This document shows, one piece after another, positions 62,701 to 64,000 of a stretch of 64,000 nucleotides of DNA (its first letter is position 1; the number at the start of each line of letters is the position of its first letter). Origin of the DNA: Tubiluchus corallicola (taxonomy: Eukaryota; Animalia; Priapulida); contig JAQGDQ010000745.1 of assembly GCA_030141605.1 (NCBI GenBank), positions 1 through 64,000 of the forward strand, given 5' to 3'. The position numbers were made by a program, and so were the translations under genes. The notes beneath the pieces are model-generated. The model saw nothing but the letters and a program-made list of their open reading frames with translations, did no database searches and was not told the DNA's origin.

Positions 62701-63598
62701 AATCCTGTCTTTTATAATTTTAATTTTGATATTTTGCAAGTTCAAGCAGTCGGATGATACACACAAGTTTAATCTGTTTTTCGAAGTCCAAACTTGTACC
62801 GTGTGTTCGTAAAATATTGACACACTTACATTTTTATGTGTGCAAACCAAAACCTGTAAGTATTCATAGTTAAAACTACATTATGATGCTTCAAAGTAGA
62901 ATGCAAAACTGTAAAAATTTTTTTTATAAGAAGAAATGCTAAATATATTGGACTTTTGCATTCTAGCATCAAATTATCAAGAAAATGTATGAAAAATACT
63001 AAAAATCCAATTTTATCACTTTTCTCGCTAGAAAATAGGATTGGAATTGTAAAAAACTTGTATTTTCAAACTCCGATAGTATCTCGTGGAAGCCGTTACT
63101 TTGCTTCGGGTTCTTTCTGTCGTCAAGCCCACATCGTTGTCAGGAAGAGCCATCTATTGGATTTAAACATAACCTCAACGTGTTCTTGTAAAGTCTGTAG
63201 CAACCAACATTTGTGCGGTTGCTAAGTGTTTTCTAGAAACGCGACAAAAAACAATGGCTGACTTTAACAGAGATTTTCTGAAGGCTATGTTTTTCAGTGC
63301 ACAGCCTGCACCTCAACTTCAACGTGGATCATCTCAGCTTAGAAATAACATAGAGCGATGAACTTGGCATCAAAATAATCTTAATGAATAGGAGATTCAG
63401 GATATGAGAATAACTAGAAAAGCTTAATTGCTGACTTACTGACAATTTTGCTATGCAAGCACATATTTCTTCTTCTTGTCAACAGATGACGCCACAAGCT
63501 CAACCATTTGAGGTGGTTTTTATGTGTTTTTTACGTCTTGCTTGTAAAAACGGAATGAGTCACGTTCAAATCGAATGTTTTTATTTTATCATTGACAG

Positions 63599-63718
63599 TT
63601 GATTGAAAAGGATGGGAACACCGTTTCTTCCGATCTTCAGTGGGGATTCTGCTACACCTGTACAGGTTGCTCGGAAAAGTTTGCCAGCGAGACTGAGTTC
63701 CTTAACCATGTTCGTTTG
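63599..63718 (+). CDS. Exon encoding most of a C2H2 zinc finger (LIEKDG...YTCTGCSEKFASETEFLNHVRL)
   Basis: GACAG acceptor and GTAAGA donor; 120 nt, phase 0; Y-x-C-x2-C-x3-F-x5-F-x2-H spacing. The second His would lie in the next exon outside the window. Confidence 0.65.
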
Positions 63719-64000
63719 GTAAGAAAATTGTTTTTGATGTTGTTGTTGTTGTTGCTGCTGTTTTGTTGTTGTTGTTGTTGCTGCTGTTTTGTTGTTGTTG
63801 TTGTTTTTGCTGCTGTTGATGTTGTTGTTGCTACTCATGTCCTTCTTGTTGTTGTTGTTACTGTTGATGTTGTTGTTGCTGCTGCTGTTTTGTTGTTGTT
63901 ATTGTCGTTGTTGCTGCTGTTGTTGTTGTTGCTACTCATGTCCTTGTTGTTGTTGTTATTGCTGCTGTTGACGTTGTTGCTGCTGCTGCTTTGTTGTTAT

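Overview
This is AT-rich, repeat-dense eukaryotic DNA from a metazoan, probably a marine invertebrate (the taxon is inferred). I could reconstruct five genes by hand. (1) A complete CDK20/CCRK kinase gene with 10 coding exons on the minus strand (31971->2682, 339 aa). (2) A small spliced plus-strand gene, absent from the ORF track, nested antisense in the 14.4-kb intron 7 of CDK20. It encodes a 122-aa protamine-like Arg/Ser/Tyr-repeat protein with a Pro/Arg/DPW tail and sits behind a duplicated promoter module with two perfect RFX X-boxes and CRE-like sites. (3) Aftiphilin with an intronless CDS (41472->39169). (4) NEURL4 with an intronless CDS (54498->50146). (5) Three plus-strand exons of a probable C2H2 zinc-finger gene, head-to-head with NEURL4 and running off the right edge. 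The rest is non-autonomous DNA transposons (hAT, Kolobok-like, piggyBac-like, Tc1/mariner-like), LINE fragments, a 5S-rRNA-headed SINE, Penelope-like hammerhead remnants and many mini/microsatellites. One minisatellite amplifies a CDK20 splice acceptor about 17 times. All calls come from manual reading; no searches were run.
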